A stretch of 64,000 nt of DNA from Paraphysomonas bandaiensis. Its lineage: Eukaryota; Protista; Chrysophyceae. The position numbers and the translations under genes are program-made. The notes under the pieces were generated by a model. That model was not told the DNA's origin. It did not search any database and saw only the letters and a program-made list of their open reading frames with translations. The DNA is taken from contig CBFFRP010000126.1 in NCBI GenBank assembly GCA_965644295.1, forward strand, positions 1 to 64,000, given 5' to 3'. This document shows positions 24,508 to 37,515 of the stretch, piece after piece. Within the stretch, counting starts at the first letter, position 1. Each line of letters starts with the position of its first letter.

Positions 24508-26502
24508 TCAGTACGGAGTAGCTCTGAAGACGCCACCCTTCTGCAACTCATAGTGTGATCCAACGGTCGATGCCTCCCACACACCCCACATTCCATAGCC
24601 CCTAAAATACGTTGTGTCGAGGTCAAATCGGCAAACAAATAGATTCTTTACGTACCAGTTCGAGTTGAATGCGATATAGGAATCAAGCTGTGTTTTAGCT
24701 TCACGCTTCATAGCGTACTCTTGACCCTGCAGCGACATTGCAGCGATATCGACATTTATCGAATTGTTGGTATTAAATGCAGCCAGTGCGGCCCGCTTTT
24801 GCTGTATGAAATGAGCTTCGGCAACAACTGCAACGCCGACTCCACTAGAAATATACGCTGTATGTGTAACATGCGCCTTGCCCCAGTCATTCAAATCTGA
24901 ATCTGTCACCCAGTCTCCACTGGCATTACGCACCCATTCATCGATTTTCACATCATCTTCACCATCAATCCCATGATTCGATAAATTTAAATAACACTTA
25001 TCCACATGCCATGACAACCCCTCAATATCAACTTCAGAGTATCCCTTCATAAAAAAAGGCCCGATCTGGTCTCGCCCCCTGCCTCGCATTTTAAGGCCTT
25101 CGTCAGAGAACTGAAGCCATACATCATGAGAGTCTTTCAAGAAGCCACTCTTGTGGAAGTAGCTAAACTTCCAAGGTCTACATGTTACCGACCCATCCTG
25201 ACTCTGCACATCTGTTGCAGCACCCATGGACTGCAGAGCTTCCCACCCCCACCGTCGCGGACACGTGCGTTCTTCTTCCTCTTCTACATGCAGTGCAAGT
25301 TTAGATTCTAAATACAGAAACATAAATAGTGCGCATACGATGAGAAGGCCACACACACTACCTATTTTCGGTACACGATGGTCTCCGTAAATGACTGCGT
25401 CACGTCTAGGCGACGGAACACACTCAGAGGCACAGAAGAGGTTCACTAATGCGCGACTCGCAGATTTACAGGCCATACCCTGTACAGAAGATGTTGTACG
25501 TGCAATTATCACTTGCCCACGACTGCCATTGCGTTTTACGTCACCCGGTCCAGGCACCGGCTGTGCTCTGCTACGTGATTGCGCGAGGTTTACCGATGCA
25601 GACGGGCTTGTCAGAAGTGATAACAATTGCCTCCTTCCATCGCATGCTTGAAGCTGGTCCACAATAGACATGAGCATGTGCTGATTAATGCGAGTAGCAG
25701 GCGAAGAGGAAACCGCACCAATACTGGTACGCTGGTTCGCTGCGATTCTTTCACAGTTAAGCACTAATCTAGCCTCCCAGCAAAGGAGGTTAGCCAGAAT
25801 CTCGCATGAGAGCTGTTGCAGCATCCCAGACTCATTTGTTAGCAGTGACATAAGCACAGTTACCACACCTTCGGAGGAGAGCCTGTCGTGAATAGGGTCC
25901 AGCTCGTAGCTAGTCAAGGAGCACATCGTTTGAAGGCTACTCAACGCAAAGGATCGAAAATCTCGCCCCATTGTCTCTGCACGACTCATCATCAGAGCAC
26001 TGGAAGATCGCTCAAAGACTGGCATCGGATGAGAAATAGTCCGCTCCGACTGTGAATAACGATGGGGTTGCAGAGATCGAAAACGAGGCACACATCGCTG
26101 TTCCTTCATTACACGTATGAACTTCAGTGACGATGCAGTACATTGGGCCTTCGATATTACAAATTCTCTAAAGTTTGCACTGTCCGATAAAACAAAATTT
26201 GGATACTGATCAAAATACGTCACCAACCAAAAGTTGCTCGACTGAACGTACCCCTTCATTTCCGATGCTGTTTGCTCGAATGAAAGCACGCTTGCAATAT
26301 CGATATACCCCAGCACCAGACAGAGGGTGTCAGGTGGAATGCACAACAGGTGCATGCGTCTCGTGACTCCCTCTTGTATACCAGAACCATTCACTATAGC
26401 GCTATCGGGCACATGCTGAGTGGTGGAGGTGGATATCATCCCCGTGAGCTCATTTACACTGCTTCTGAGACCCGCTATACGATCCTCAGTAGCTGCATGC
26501 AT
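24508..26502 (-). CDS. F-box + ARM-repeat protein with C-terminal beta-rich domain
   Basis: LLCIPPDTLCLVLGYIDIASVLSFEQTA...FW is F-box-like and GVVTVLMSLL...CEILANL is ARM-like. The 664-aa ORF probably contains retained in-frame introns, and the start may lie slightly upstream. Confidence 0.65.
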   Translation of the reverse strand: MHAATEDRIAGLRSSVNELTGMISTSTTQHVPDSAIVNGSGIQEGVTRRMHLLCIPPDTLCLVLGYIDIASVLSFEQTASEMKGYVQSSNFWLVTYFDQYPNFVLSDSANFREFVISKAQCTASSLKFIRVMKEQRCVPRFRSLQPHRYSQSERTISHPMPVFERSSSALMMSRAETMGRDFRSFALSSLQTMCSLTSYELDPIHDRLSSEGVVTVLMSLLTNESGMLQQLSCEILANLLCWEARLVLNCERIAANQRTSIGAVSSSPATRINQHMLMSIVDQLQACDGRRQLLSLLTSPSASVNLAQSRSRAQPVPGPGDVKRNGSRGQVIIARTTSSVQGMACKSASRALVNLFCASECVPSPRRDAVIYGDHRVPKIGSVCGLLIVCALFMFLYLESKLALHVEEEEERTCPRRWGWEALQSMGAATDVQSQDGSVTCRPWKFSYFHKSGFLKDSHDVWLQFSDEGLKMRGRGRDQIGPFFMKGYSEVDIEGLSWHVDKCYLNLSNHGIDGEDDVKIDEWVRNASGDWVTDSDLNDWGKAHVTHTAYISSGVGVAVVAEAHFIQQKRAALAAFNTNNSINVDIAAMSLQGQEYAMKREAKTQLDSYIAFNSNWYVKNLFVCRFDLDTTYFRGYGMWGVWEASTVGSHYELQKGGVFRATPY

Positions 26503-27030
26503 GCGCTTACTGGATTCAAGTTTACTCCTGTGTGATACAAGATTAATACCTTATTAACAATATCTTCAGAGTGGACGACACAAACACTCTGCATCTCCAA
26601 CACTAACACACCACTCACAGATACACCACACTGATAATGCAAGATAATATACTAACATATGACACGTGCATACACACAATACACTGTGTATGTACCTCAT
26701 ATCTGTTACCCATGAGGGCAGATAGCTCGAATTCGACTCCATTGACGGCAGATTGTCAGCAGCTAATGTGCATCAGACAGACTGCTATGAATAATAGATG
26801 TACTCTGATAGAGCCAATCACAGCACTGAACGAACCAATCGATTTGTTAATATTTAACTTCCATGTACTTACTTCACTTCACGAGTTGAGGTGAAGAGGG
26901 CAGTATGAAGTATGTGAAGTGGTTATATGTGTACAGTGAATATGTATACACACGTATGTATCGAATGTATTGAGTAGTTCGTATGATAGATATAGTATTC
27001 AGTTATGGTATTCGGTATTCTGCTGTATAC

Positions 27031-27128
27031 CAGTGGAACATAAAAAGGTAGGTTTTTCCATATGATAGCTGTGGTTCCGGTATTTGAGATATACTTTCCC
27101 CTAAAAACCTGCTATTTTTATATCACTG
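27031..27128. mobile_element. Very small degenerate MITE-like inverted repeat
   Basis: cagtggaacataaaaaggtaggttttt versus aaaaacctgctatttttatatcactg, followed by TA. Confidence 0.4.
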
Positions 27129-27187
27129 TAGGAGTACTGTACAGTCAATGGAGCTGCTATGAACGTAGTTGACCATATGTTGGACAT

Positions 27188-27800
27188 GATCTTCCATTCA
27201 TCCGGTCATTTAAGGTCACAATGAAGTAAGTGCAATACGATACAGTGCTGCGATACAGTGTTACGATACAGTGCTGCGATGTATTAATGGCATATATCGA
27301 GCTCCATATGAAGGAATAACTACATTACTTGTATACACATGTGAGGCGTATGACAGTGTAGCACTGTGCAGTGAATAGCAATGTGATGACGGTGAGAGTG
27401 GTGAGTATATACAGTAAAGCGAAGAGTATTATGGTGACAGTGTGTGTGATCTGTGTATTGTTTAGCTAATATTGCAGTTTGATGGGATGTATAAATCAAC
27501 TGATAAGATGGTGTTGGGAAGCTAATTGTACGCAGTGTAGAGCTATGAATATGATGCTCCATTCATCCGGTCAGTTAAGGTCACAATGAAGTAAATATAA
27601 TTCAATATAATGCCGAGTTTTATTAATGACATATATCCAGCTGTACGTGAGAGTGGACACTGAGTACATTGTACACACGTTGAAGACATCTGAGAGTGTA
27701 CACAATGTAATTGAATAGCATCGTGTTTTTGGTGAGAGTGATCTCTGTATTGTGTTAAGTGAGGAGCATAGTGTTGACGGTTGTAGTAATCTATATGATA
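27188..27800. repeat. Diverged ~365-bp direct tandem duplication
   Basis: tccattcatccggtca(t/g)ttaaggtcacaatgaagtaa occurs at ~27193 and ~27558, with decaying similarity downstream. Confidence 0.7.
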
Positions 27801-28000
27801 TATAGTTGTTTGATGTGCTGTAAACTAATAATGTGATTTCTTCATTGATAGGGTATATTCAAAGCATATATCCAGCTGCGTTGCTTCTGCGTATATACCT
27901 TGTACCTGATTAATATTATTAGCCTGTATATCAACATCAACAAGTTTAGGAAAGGGCACATCGGGAACGCCTAGGTAACGCAATATACTATCACTAAAAG

Positions 28001-28470
28001 CTGGGTATGAGTATAGCAAAGGCTGCGACTCTAGCCCTTGAAAACAAAAATACCATGCCAGCATGAGAAAATATGAAACTGGACTTGTACAGCCTTCTTC
28101 ACTCAACTTTTGGTGCAGTGCTCTTCAAATAAACACGAATTCTGAGCCAGTCTATTGTTTGGTAGCAAACTTTTGAACACTATTATTGCGTCTCTCCTTC
28201 ACTGAAACTTGAAAGATTTTCTAAATTCTGTACTCAACTCAGGACTACAAAGATCAATTTTCTACAGCTTCAACACACCACTATCAGAGAATAGACGCTT
28301 TCTTCCAACAAAAAACGTGAACTGGCTCAGAATTTTTTTCTTCGAAGAGCACTGCACCAAAAGTTGAGTGAACAAAGGCGGTACAGGTCCAGTTCTAACT
28401 TTTCTCATGTTGACAAAGTATTTCTGCATGCGGAGACTAGAGTCGCAACTTTTACTATACTCATACCCTG
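28001..28470. mobile_element. MITE-like element with ~150-bp imperfect terminal inverted repeats
   Basis: 28003-28151 (gggtatgagtatag...ttcactcaacttttggtgcagtgctcttc...aattctgagccagt) is the reverse complement of 28321-28468. No TSD recognisable. Confidence 0.7.
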
Positions 28471-28779
28471 ATTGATGAGCAATCATTCTTGAAATAATGT
28501 AAGAATACAATACATTACTTAAACAGCTGTATATCTTTAGCAAGATACACGGATTCTTGTACCATAGCAGGTACAGTATATATCAGATACCTTAGTCCTT
28601 AATCTATGCATGGAATTGGGTGCCAAGTGTGTAAAAGTAATTTTAATAAAGTGCCTGTAGTTTTTCCGCCTCTGGATATCTACAACTATGCGTCGGAATG
28701 GCTATCACATATACTATAACTAGGTTACATTTGTACTAATACTACTACCTCTCACAATATTGTTTAGTAGTTTAGTATT

Positions 28780-29369
28780 TCTCGTCACCACACCCAAGGG
28801 GCCACATAGACTCCCCCGAAAACGCGTCAACAATTTGGTAACATACAATCGGAAACCGCGGGTACTTCACTTACTAGGTGCAACTCGGAGACGTAGCTCA
28901 CCCACACGTCTCCCTCTTCCACTACTATTCCCGCACCATCGGAAATGCCACGGTGCCGCCCCCGTCAGTTATTCCTTTCCAGGCCCAACTCGCGCCCAGC
29001 GCCATCTCAAGACACGTCAGAGTTACAGTCCACCCCTCGCCCATGTATCTCAGGTTAGGAACACTCGACTCACTAATTCAGAATCCTGTGCCCCAACAAA
29101 ATCCTGCCTGCAGAGACCTACCCCAAGGGGCGCCCCCCTGACCAATTCCATCTGCACTACAAGGACAGACTTCTTCCACACATACAAGAACGGAAGTGGT
29201 CACACCTTGGTACTTGCGGCAACGCACAAACAGCTTTCGTAGCGTTACATAATATATGAGAATTTGCACTAGTTAGTTACAGGTAGAAGTCTATCTAGCT
29301 TCACTAGTTTTTATCTAGCTACTTATCTGGTGATGGTTCTTGACGCCTATTGCTAATACAAGGCTTTCA
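28780..29369 (+). pseudogene. Decayed 3' end of a putative RTE-like non-LTR retrotransposon sharing its tail with the retroposon family
   Basis: 29190-29369 aligns with the last ~180 nt of copies A/B. Upstream, broken frames read RLGTLDSLIQ...PNKIL...PKGRPP...YKDRL...W, reminiscent of RTE ORF C-termini. Confidence 0.45.
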
Positions 29370-29544
29370 TACACCCCTGCTATAAATACTTCTACATTTT
29401 AATAAACCGCATGCTTCAATGAAAAGCGTAATACAACAGCTTTTTTAGTAAGCTTACACTTGTAAAAATGCAACATAACTGATACTTAGATGGTAAATAA
29501 TTCTTTATATCGATCACAACTCTCCAACTGTGTATACTCTTATC

Positions 29545-32500
29545 TCACTTTCTCTTTCGTAGCTTTTGTTTCTTTTTCTTCGAGCTATTCCCATTGCGAC
29601 TCTGTACTTCACAGACAGACGCTACAGTCTGTCCGGCGTTTCCCTCCTCAGAAGTGCCAGAATGTCGCCGCTTCTTCCCAACAGTAACATTTGGCGTATC
29701 AGATTGACCAGAAATACCACCAGCTTTATCTGCAATGATGTATTTAAAAAAAAGACACCGTCGTACTTTAAAAATACACACCGTTCACAACTAGACGCAT
29801 TACAACTCTCCTCCCTTTCCTATCATTCTCGTTTTCAACCACCGATATCCTCACATGCACCTAAATATACTTACATCAACATATGCAAACTAAAAGTAAT
29901 TCGTTCGATTCACCTTTTGAAAGACTTGCAAGCAAAGCAGAGGAACCTGCGCACACTATATCACAAGATATGAGGGACACGAAGTATCAATTACTTTATC
30001 TTTCTGTATCGTTGCTTTATGGGCCACAGGATCAAACTGCACGATTCCAGAGAGTACATCAGCCAGACTCAAATCATCAGAGTTCGTTCCCTCCAGCAGT
30101 CCAGGATAATTTTCATTGACAATATCTAAAAAATTCAATGTTCCCTCAATCCCGAACCTATGATATGCTTCAGGCCTGATAAACAATTCAAAAAACCACA
30201 CTACCGTGGAACGATAACCACAACTCGTTCAGGGTATATCGAGAGTACGTATGCTTCTTCTACGGACTGTTTACCCCTACTCATCTCTACATGAAGAGAA
30301 TCAAGGTATGTACGTCGAATATGATACCTGAAGTAGCGAATAGTATGGAGTCCCGTTGACGCCCGCTGTATGTGCTGTGCAGAACGATGTCGCCTGCAAA
30401 CGTCACACGTGTAAATAATGCATATACAGTGCAAAATAAATCACCTATTCATATGAGAACAAAGTTCTTGCTGTCTAGTTTTATCTGCATTCGCGATTGG
30501 AAGGGAAGTGTCACCAATTGCAGCAGACAGTAATCTGCATCAAAAAATTAAGGTATACACAGTATCCACAAAATGGTTGACACACCGATGCACTACAAGG
30601 TCGGCATATCTTCTAATTGGTGAGGTGAAGTGCGTGTACACTGGAGCAGCTGTACGAAGGGTAAATTTCCACCAAATGACAGCGTACTATTATAGCTCAC
30701 CTAGTCCATAGTGATGCCACTGGTCCTTTGGTAATTCGCCAGAGCAAAAATACTGCACAGACTTTTAGACCCTTCTTCCATCCAAACAATTATTACCTGC
30801 GCTGGCATCATGCATCGAGTAGATAAAATCCTGTTAAAAACTAATGATAACGGTAGAATATGTATGCAGACCACTACCGCAGGAGCTTATTGAAGAACGG
30901 GTCACCAGGTCTCTCCGCTAGGTCCAATGAGTCGGCAAGAGTTTTGGAAGTACTTAGGAGCAATTTATTCACGAAGACAAAGGAGAAAAATCATTACCTA
31001 ATGTCGAGATGAACTCCGACAGCAGCGGCAGCTGACAGTAGTGGAGCAAACTGCTCCTTGGAAGGAGGTTGATGTCGTCGTAAGACTCCAAGGGTCGGAA
31101 AATGACGGAGAACTTTCTTCGATACTATATCAGCTAGTTATAAATGTTTAACCAACATACAAAACAGGAACCTGTAATATTTGCTAGAAGCATGAATTCT
31201 TCAACTAATTTATTTGAGTCTTTGATACTGTAAACACTGACATCTGTAGGGTTGTCTGATTCGCCCTCAAATTTAAATCGAACCTACGGAATTTATCACG
31301 CCTTTTAGAAAGCAATTGTAACATGTAATACTTCAGGAGATGCTAGCGTCAATGCGCCTTCTTCAATACGTTTAGACCTGCAACACCACGAGCCCTTTAT
31401 TTGGACAATATGATGTAAACAACTGCTTGTACCTCAGTAGCTGCGCAAGCTGATTCAAATTTTTCACAGACTGCACGACCTCAAGGTTACTGTCGGCAGG
31501 AGTAGCCGCAGCATTCACATCAGTATCAGAATCTAGCATAGCCTACACGATGTCAGAATCGTGATGATGATTCTTAAGACTAACCTGGGCCTCATCGTAG
31601 GTGAGAGAAGCCACGGACCTGATAACCGATCGAAAAAACTTCGCATCAATGATATTGGCAGAGCGATCCATTTCCCAAATAACAGAAAAAGCTAAATGGT
31701 CTTCAGTAGATCTCAATGAGCACAACTGCACAAATCAAATTATACAGATCAACAGCACTACATCTCTTTCTCACCTCGGTGGTTAGTAGGCTAGGAAGCA
31801 TGTCCAAGCGGCGCTCGACAAGATAAGTTGAGGTCGACCTGTTACACTGATAAGGACACCAACCATCACGCGGCGATTGAATTCTCTGCTTTACCTGTGT
31901 GCCGCTTCAATATCTATTGCTGTATCTGGTTTCACAAAATAACTGACATCTGCAATGTGCACTCCAACCTGCGCACATGCAGTCAGCTATCAGTGTCACG
32001 GCACAATGCAGGGCACACGCACCTCAAAGTTACCATTTGGAAGATTTCTGCAATGAAGGGCATCGTCAATATCCTTACACCCTACATAGCAAACAAAAAT
32101 TAGGCCAGCTGCTAAAAATAATAACAATAAAACCCTTCCGACCTGGTGGGTCAATTGATACAACTGGTATGTGTCTGATGTCCGTCCTGCTAGCGATAAT
32201 ATCCTCCGTAATTTTCCAGTCCTTGGGCGGTAAACAGGCCATCACCTCTGTGGAAAACGATTCGTATGGAACACCAAACTCATGTAAAAGGACCTGTGTC
32301 TCCACTTCACTATCACCATCATTTCCCATCACTCTAACGTAGTGGCCTATGGGGTACTCTGACCACACTGCGAGAACACTTTTACGACTACAAAACCGAG
32401 CATCAGAAAAATTACCAGGCCAGTAGTCGATGGCAACCAGAATACGCTTCCCAAGAAGTTCTTCGATTCGTCTACAAAAAGAACATAGCCATAAGGTCGG

Positions 32501-34010
32501 AACACGGGTGGTAATTGTGTAGTCACCTTGTAGATATCTTTACACGAGGAATTTTTGAGTCAACTGGGTTAAACATAGCAGTTACAGGCGAAGCAAGATC
32601 ATCAGCTGCAGCAACCCCCTCCCCAACTACGCTGCTAGCAGAAACCGACCCAGCGTACTGGCGCCAATTTCTACGAATAATGCCAACCACACGGCCAAAA
32701 GTCTTGGATGGGTTACTCTCAGCTGCTCCGGTTGATGAGGCTAGACCTTCCACAGCATCAGCAGAAGGGTCCGCCGTCACATCAGAAACAACAACCACCG
32801 GACTCTCCGAGGTAGCACTCGAGGAGGAATTGGAAGGGGTAGGACAGGCAGAAGGATCAGCGATGATTTCGACGGCAACAACATCGCCGTCTAAAGCACG
32901 ATTCACACACTGACTCCCTGCGAATATATTACACAGAGAGACTAAAACACACACACACACACACCTCGAACTGTCACAGATTTCCTCTCCGAATCCGCGG
33001 AGCCGTGCTTCCCAGTTGACGAGTGCACAACCACATAGCATTCACTAGAACTACTACCGAAGCAGCGTAGCACCCCTCTGTAGTATTGCTTGTTACGGAT
33101 TCCACGCAGTAAGGCATCCATCGGCAAGTGGGCAGAAAAGAGGTTCTCCCTACATACCACTACAATGACATTGTGAGACACTAGCTATATCAGCACCTCT
33201 GTACTCCATCTGCTCCTCCACTTGACTCCTCCTCCGCCAGTAAGTCCAATAACTCAGGGTACTGCTGCAGGTATTGTTCCACATAGCTACGAGTGGACAC
33301 ACAATGAAGATTATCAGCTTTCGCTAGACGCTATAAACATATTTATCATCCACTTAATGACCAAAATAATACACAGGTACCATATTGTCACGATCGTTTG
33401 TCAGCAGGATAGCGGTGCATAGCTCGCCGTCGTGCTGTGCAACAACTTTTCCATAAAACTGAGCGCCCTTGCGAATCAATCTGTCGTTGTAATCGTTTAC
33501 AGACTCACCACACTCTCTTGAAAGGTAGCAGTGTGATGACTGCTCGTTCGGAAAGAATATATAAGACCGTGAATTGTCTTGTAGTAATGCGCACATGCGG
33601 CGGTACACAGACAGGTTGGAGTGACGGAGTTCCTGAAGCACAGTCTGCAGAACAACAACTAGAGAAGTTGCGGGGCAGTTGTACTCCAGCACATCAATTT
33701 GATGAATAGCTACATTGGTATCAATAATCAACAGATGACGGTGTGGTGCTTTAGACACCATATCGCACAGCATAACCTACGTGAGTTCACCATAAGTACA
33801 ATCATCATCAACTAAAACATATCTTACCTCTGACACCGTGCTCCCAAACAGGTACCCACAGACGACATCATCCCGCAGATGCTTCTCACGGACTAACTTC
33901 AAAACCTTTAAAATAGAGGTGAATATGCTGACAATGAGGGATATATCGATCACCTTTCCACGTCTAGATTTCTTAAAAAACACCACTTTCTCTGTACTGC
34001 ACTCACTCAT
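29545..34010 (-). CDS. DIS3: Exosome catalytic subunit DIS3/RRP44 (PIN + CSD + RNB + S1), many introns
   Basis: KLVREKHLRDDVVCG; PIN motifs IIDTNVAIHQID and NDYNDRLIR...LLTND; NRALDGDVVAVE; VVGIIRRNWRQY; VVSIDPPG.KDIDDALH; VGVHIADVS; NNLVEEFMLLAN; HYGL...YTHFTSPIRRYADLVVHR. Confidence 0.97.
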
Positions 34011-34420
34011 TACAACCCGATTGAAGACCAGAGATTTCCTATGAATTCACTAGCAGCAATTGGCTGCAGGTGTAGTGGTTTAAGGTGATAGCTATAGGTA
34101 ACTATCTTAACGGGAGTTATGTGTATAGAAGGACGTGGGCTGGGCTGACTCGTAGCGTACTTTAGCACTTCATTGGAGGTCGTTCAACCACTGAACTTCT
34201 GTGTATGTACTCCTGTACCATATACATACCACAGTGTACAGCAGAGTGTACAGAGTAGAGGTTGTATGTTTATCTGTACAACTAGAGTACAGCACTGTAT
34301 ATATGTGCTATACAACTATGAGGACTTCCACATGCACATAAAAACAGTGGATATCTAGACTTGTGTGGGAGTTTTTTAAGAATATGTGGCGGAAATATAC
34401 TGTATTCATGTATTCATATA

Positions 34421-37415
34421 CCGACAACAGCATCGGAGGGGCAGCACCCACATCGGAGGGGCAACATCCGTAGTCCCGTTTTTCTGTTCTGTACGTGAAT
34501 ATTAGTATGATCGAATGGGGATGGCGGGCTCTTCATATCTACACACCACATCCAAATAAGCATATCTTCATATTTAAACTATTCGGAATACACTGTTGTG
34601 TTGTTGTGCCCACTGTAGAAACTTAATTTCATCGATTTTATGCTGTAATGATGCAGGAAGTTCACCCAAATATTGACCACAGTTTGGACCACACAATCCC
34701 ATTATCATGAAGTGCTCGTTACAATCATACATCCCTAGTGGATGAAGACTGTCCCCTGGATGATTTGTCATTAGATATATTTTGAAGGAGCTTCAGAAAG
34801 AGCTACCAGCGGATGATGCATACGACTAAAAGTGTTTACATGAAGCTCTTCTGCAGCAGTGCAGGGCAACTATGAAAGGAAGGATATATGCAAAGATATC
34901 CAAAGAGAATGGGGAAATGGAGGGAGAAACAAAACTAGGAGACAAGATTTGAAGATAGGTGGCATTGAATATATATCATTATGCTTTATCATGAAGACTT
35001 TAAAGCGAACTAGAATTTAAGGACATACATACTTCCCTTGCAGTAAGTTGTAAGACGAAGTTGTTTGTGAGTATGGATTTCATGATATATACAACTAATG
35101 TGGTGTACGTTGTAGATCGCCGTAATGATATTGCATTTCGGTCAATAGTACATACTTAAATCATCGTATGCCTTATTTGCATAAACCATTTGATGTAACC
35201 TAAAACTGTAATGATGTATGTTATACTTTCCGTGTAGTAAGCTATTTATGCATGTATATTGCATGATGTAACAAGTGTAATGTATACTGTAGGCCGCTGC
35301 AATGATATTCGAATTTGTTTTTGTTAATTGCACATACTCAAACCTTCGTATGTCACAACTATTTGTCTAACGTTATCTCGCAGCAGCAATTTCTAGCGAG
35401 CGTGTGCAAGCAAGCTAGGGACTATTTATTATAGTTTACAGACAATCGTTTCAATATACTCATGCTAAGGTATAGCAAGTAGCTATGTAACGCTTGTAAA
35501 ATGTTTATATGTGCGCGAATAATAAGACGAAGAGCCGTTGCATCTAACACTATTATAAAACGGGACAACCTCACTCCTGTACGTCATTTGTCTAAATTTT
35601 AAAGTCTAAAATTATTACTACCTGCCAAACTGTGTCTAGGTACAAGTAGGAAAAGGCTTGTTAAGCCCCTGATATAGTGGAGAAATTTTGCAAGGAGGAG
35701 GGGTGAGAAGAAAGAAATAATGCCGCAGCTTTGGCGAAACATGCGAAGGCGGCTTAGGCTCTGTTGGGAAGGTAATCAGAGAAGGACAGGTTTAATTCCT
35801 TATCTCCAGAGCAGTATAAGGCTGAGAAAGTGACCAAGAAAAGAGTAGAAGCTGAAGCAATAAGACAGAAGTTTGAAGCAGTCGCTGGAGAATTAGCTGA
35901 AGCTCTTGTTTTCCTTGAAACATATCATCGTTGAAGAGTATCTGAGTTAAACGTTTATGAAGTATATTAGTTGAAACATGTTTTGTTTGAAAAGTGTTTC
36001 AGCTGTAACATGTCTTGTTTGAAAAGTGTTTTAGTTGTAACATGTCTTGTTTGAAAAATATTTTAGTTTTAACATGTTTTGTATGAACAAATGAGAAGTA
36101 TTCTAGCTGAACCATGTTTTGTTTAAAAAGTGTGTTAAGTAGAAACGTACTAACCTTTTTTAAAAGTATCTGAATTGAAACAACTTTTGAAACATCTACA
36201 CGATGTATGAAATAAATTGCCCAGGAATAGTATGAGAAAAATTCCATGTACTTGCACGAAACAGATTGCTTACGAGGCCAGGCAGCAAGCAGTATAACCG
36301 TTTTTCGTCTTATTATTCGCGCACATATAAACATTTTACAAGCGTTACATAGCTACTTGCTATACCTTAGCATGAGTATATTGAAACGATTGTCTGTAAA
36401 CTATAATAAATAGTCCCTAGCTTGCTTGCACACGCTCGCTAGAAATTGCTGCTGCGAGATAACGTTAGACAAATAGTTGTGACATACGAAGGTTTGAGTA
36501 TGTGCAATTAACAAAAACAAATTCGAATATCATTGCAGCGGCCTACAGTATACATTACACTTGTTACATCATGCAATATACATGCATAAATAGCTTACTA
36601 CACGGAAAGTATAACATACATCATTACAGTTTTAGGTTACATCAAATGGTTTATGCAAATAAGGCATACGATGATTTAAGTATGTACTATTGACCGAAAT
36701 GCAATATCATTACGGCGATCTACAACGTACACCACATTAGTTGTATATATCATGAAATCCATACTCACAAACAACTTCGTCTTACAACTTACTGCAAGGG
36801 AAGTATGTATGTCCTTAAATTCTAGTTCGCTTTAAAGTCTTCATGATAAAGCATAATGATATATATTCAATGCCACCTATCTTCAAATCTTGTCTCCTAG
36901 TTTTGTTTCTCCCTCCATTTCCCCATTCTCTTTGGATATCTTTGCATATATCCTTCCTTTCATAGTTGCCCTGCACTGCTGCAGAAGAGCTTCATGTAAA
37001 CACTTTTAGTCGTATGCATCATCCGCTGGTAGCTCTTTCTGAAGCTCCTTCAAAATATATCTAATGACAAATCATCCAGGGGACAGTCTTCATCCACTAG
37101 GGATGTATGATTGTAACGAGCACTTCATGATAATGGGATTGTGTGGTCCAAACTGTGGTCAATATTTGGGTGAACTTCCTGCATCATTACAGCATAAAAT
37201 CGATGAAATTAAGTTTCTACAGTGGGCACAACAACACAAGAGTATGTTCCGAATAGTTTAAATATGAAGATATGCTTATTTGGATGTGGTTGTGTAGATA
37301 TGAAGAGCCCGCCATCCCCATTCGATCATACTAATATTCACGTACAGAACAGAAAAACGGGACTACGGATGTTGCCCCTCCGATGTGGGTGCTGCCCCTC
37401 CGATGCTGTTGTCGG
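34421..37415. mobile_element. Large foldback element: ~1.11-kb inverted arms (34421-35531 / 36304-37415) around a 0.77-kb spacer, TA-flanked
   Basis: The arms are near-identical reverse complements (mirror ORFs at 34574/37064 and 35142/36502). Ends read TA|CCGACAAC...GTTGTCGG|TA, with a subterminal direct repeat catcggaggggca. Confidence 0.85.
35975..36140. repeat. ~32-bp minisatellite (aacatgtYttgtttgaaaagtgttttagttgt) in the foldback spacer
   Basis: Three good copies and about two degenerate copies. Confidence 0.8.
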
Positions 37416-37515
37416 TATACATACAACAGAAAGTAAAAATAGAAAATAGAGAGAAAAAGGACATATTTTATACCCTACTGAAGCTAATATAATCAATAGG
37501 TGTCAACAGCAAAAC

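Noticed and set aside
34064-34140. tRNA-like start (ggtgtagtggtttaagg)
   Set aside because: No T-arm GTTCRA and no acceptor-stem complement.
34574-37261. Mirror-image 63-65-aa ORFs as real genes
   Set aside because: Their duplication simply reflects the inverted arms. There are no recognisable motifs, and most start at non-ATG codons.
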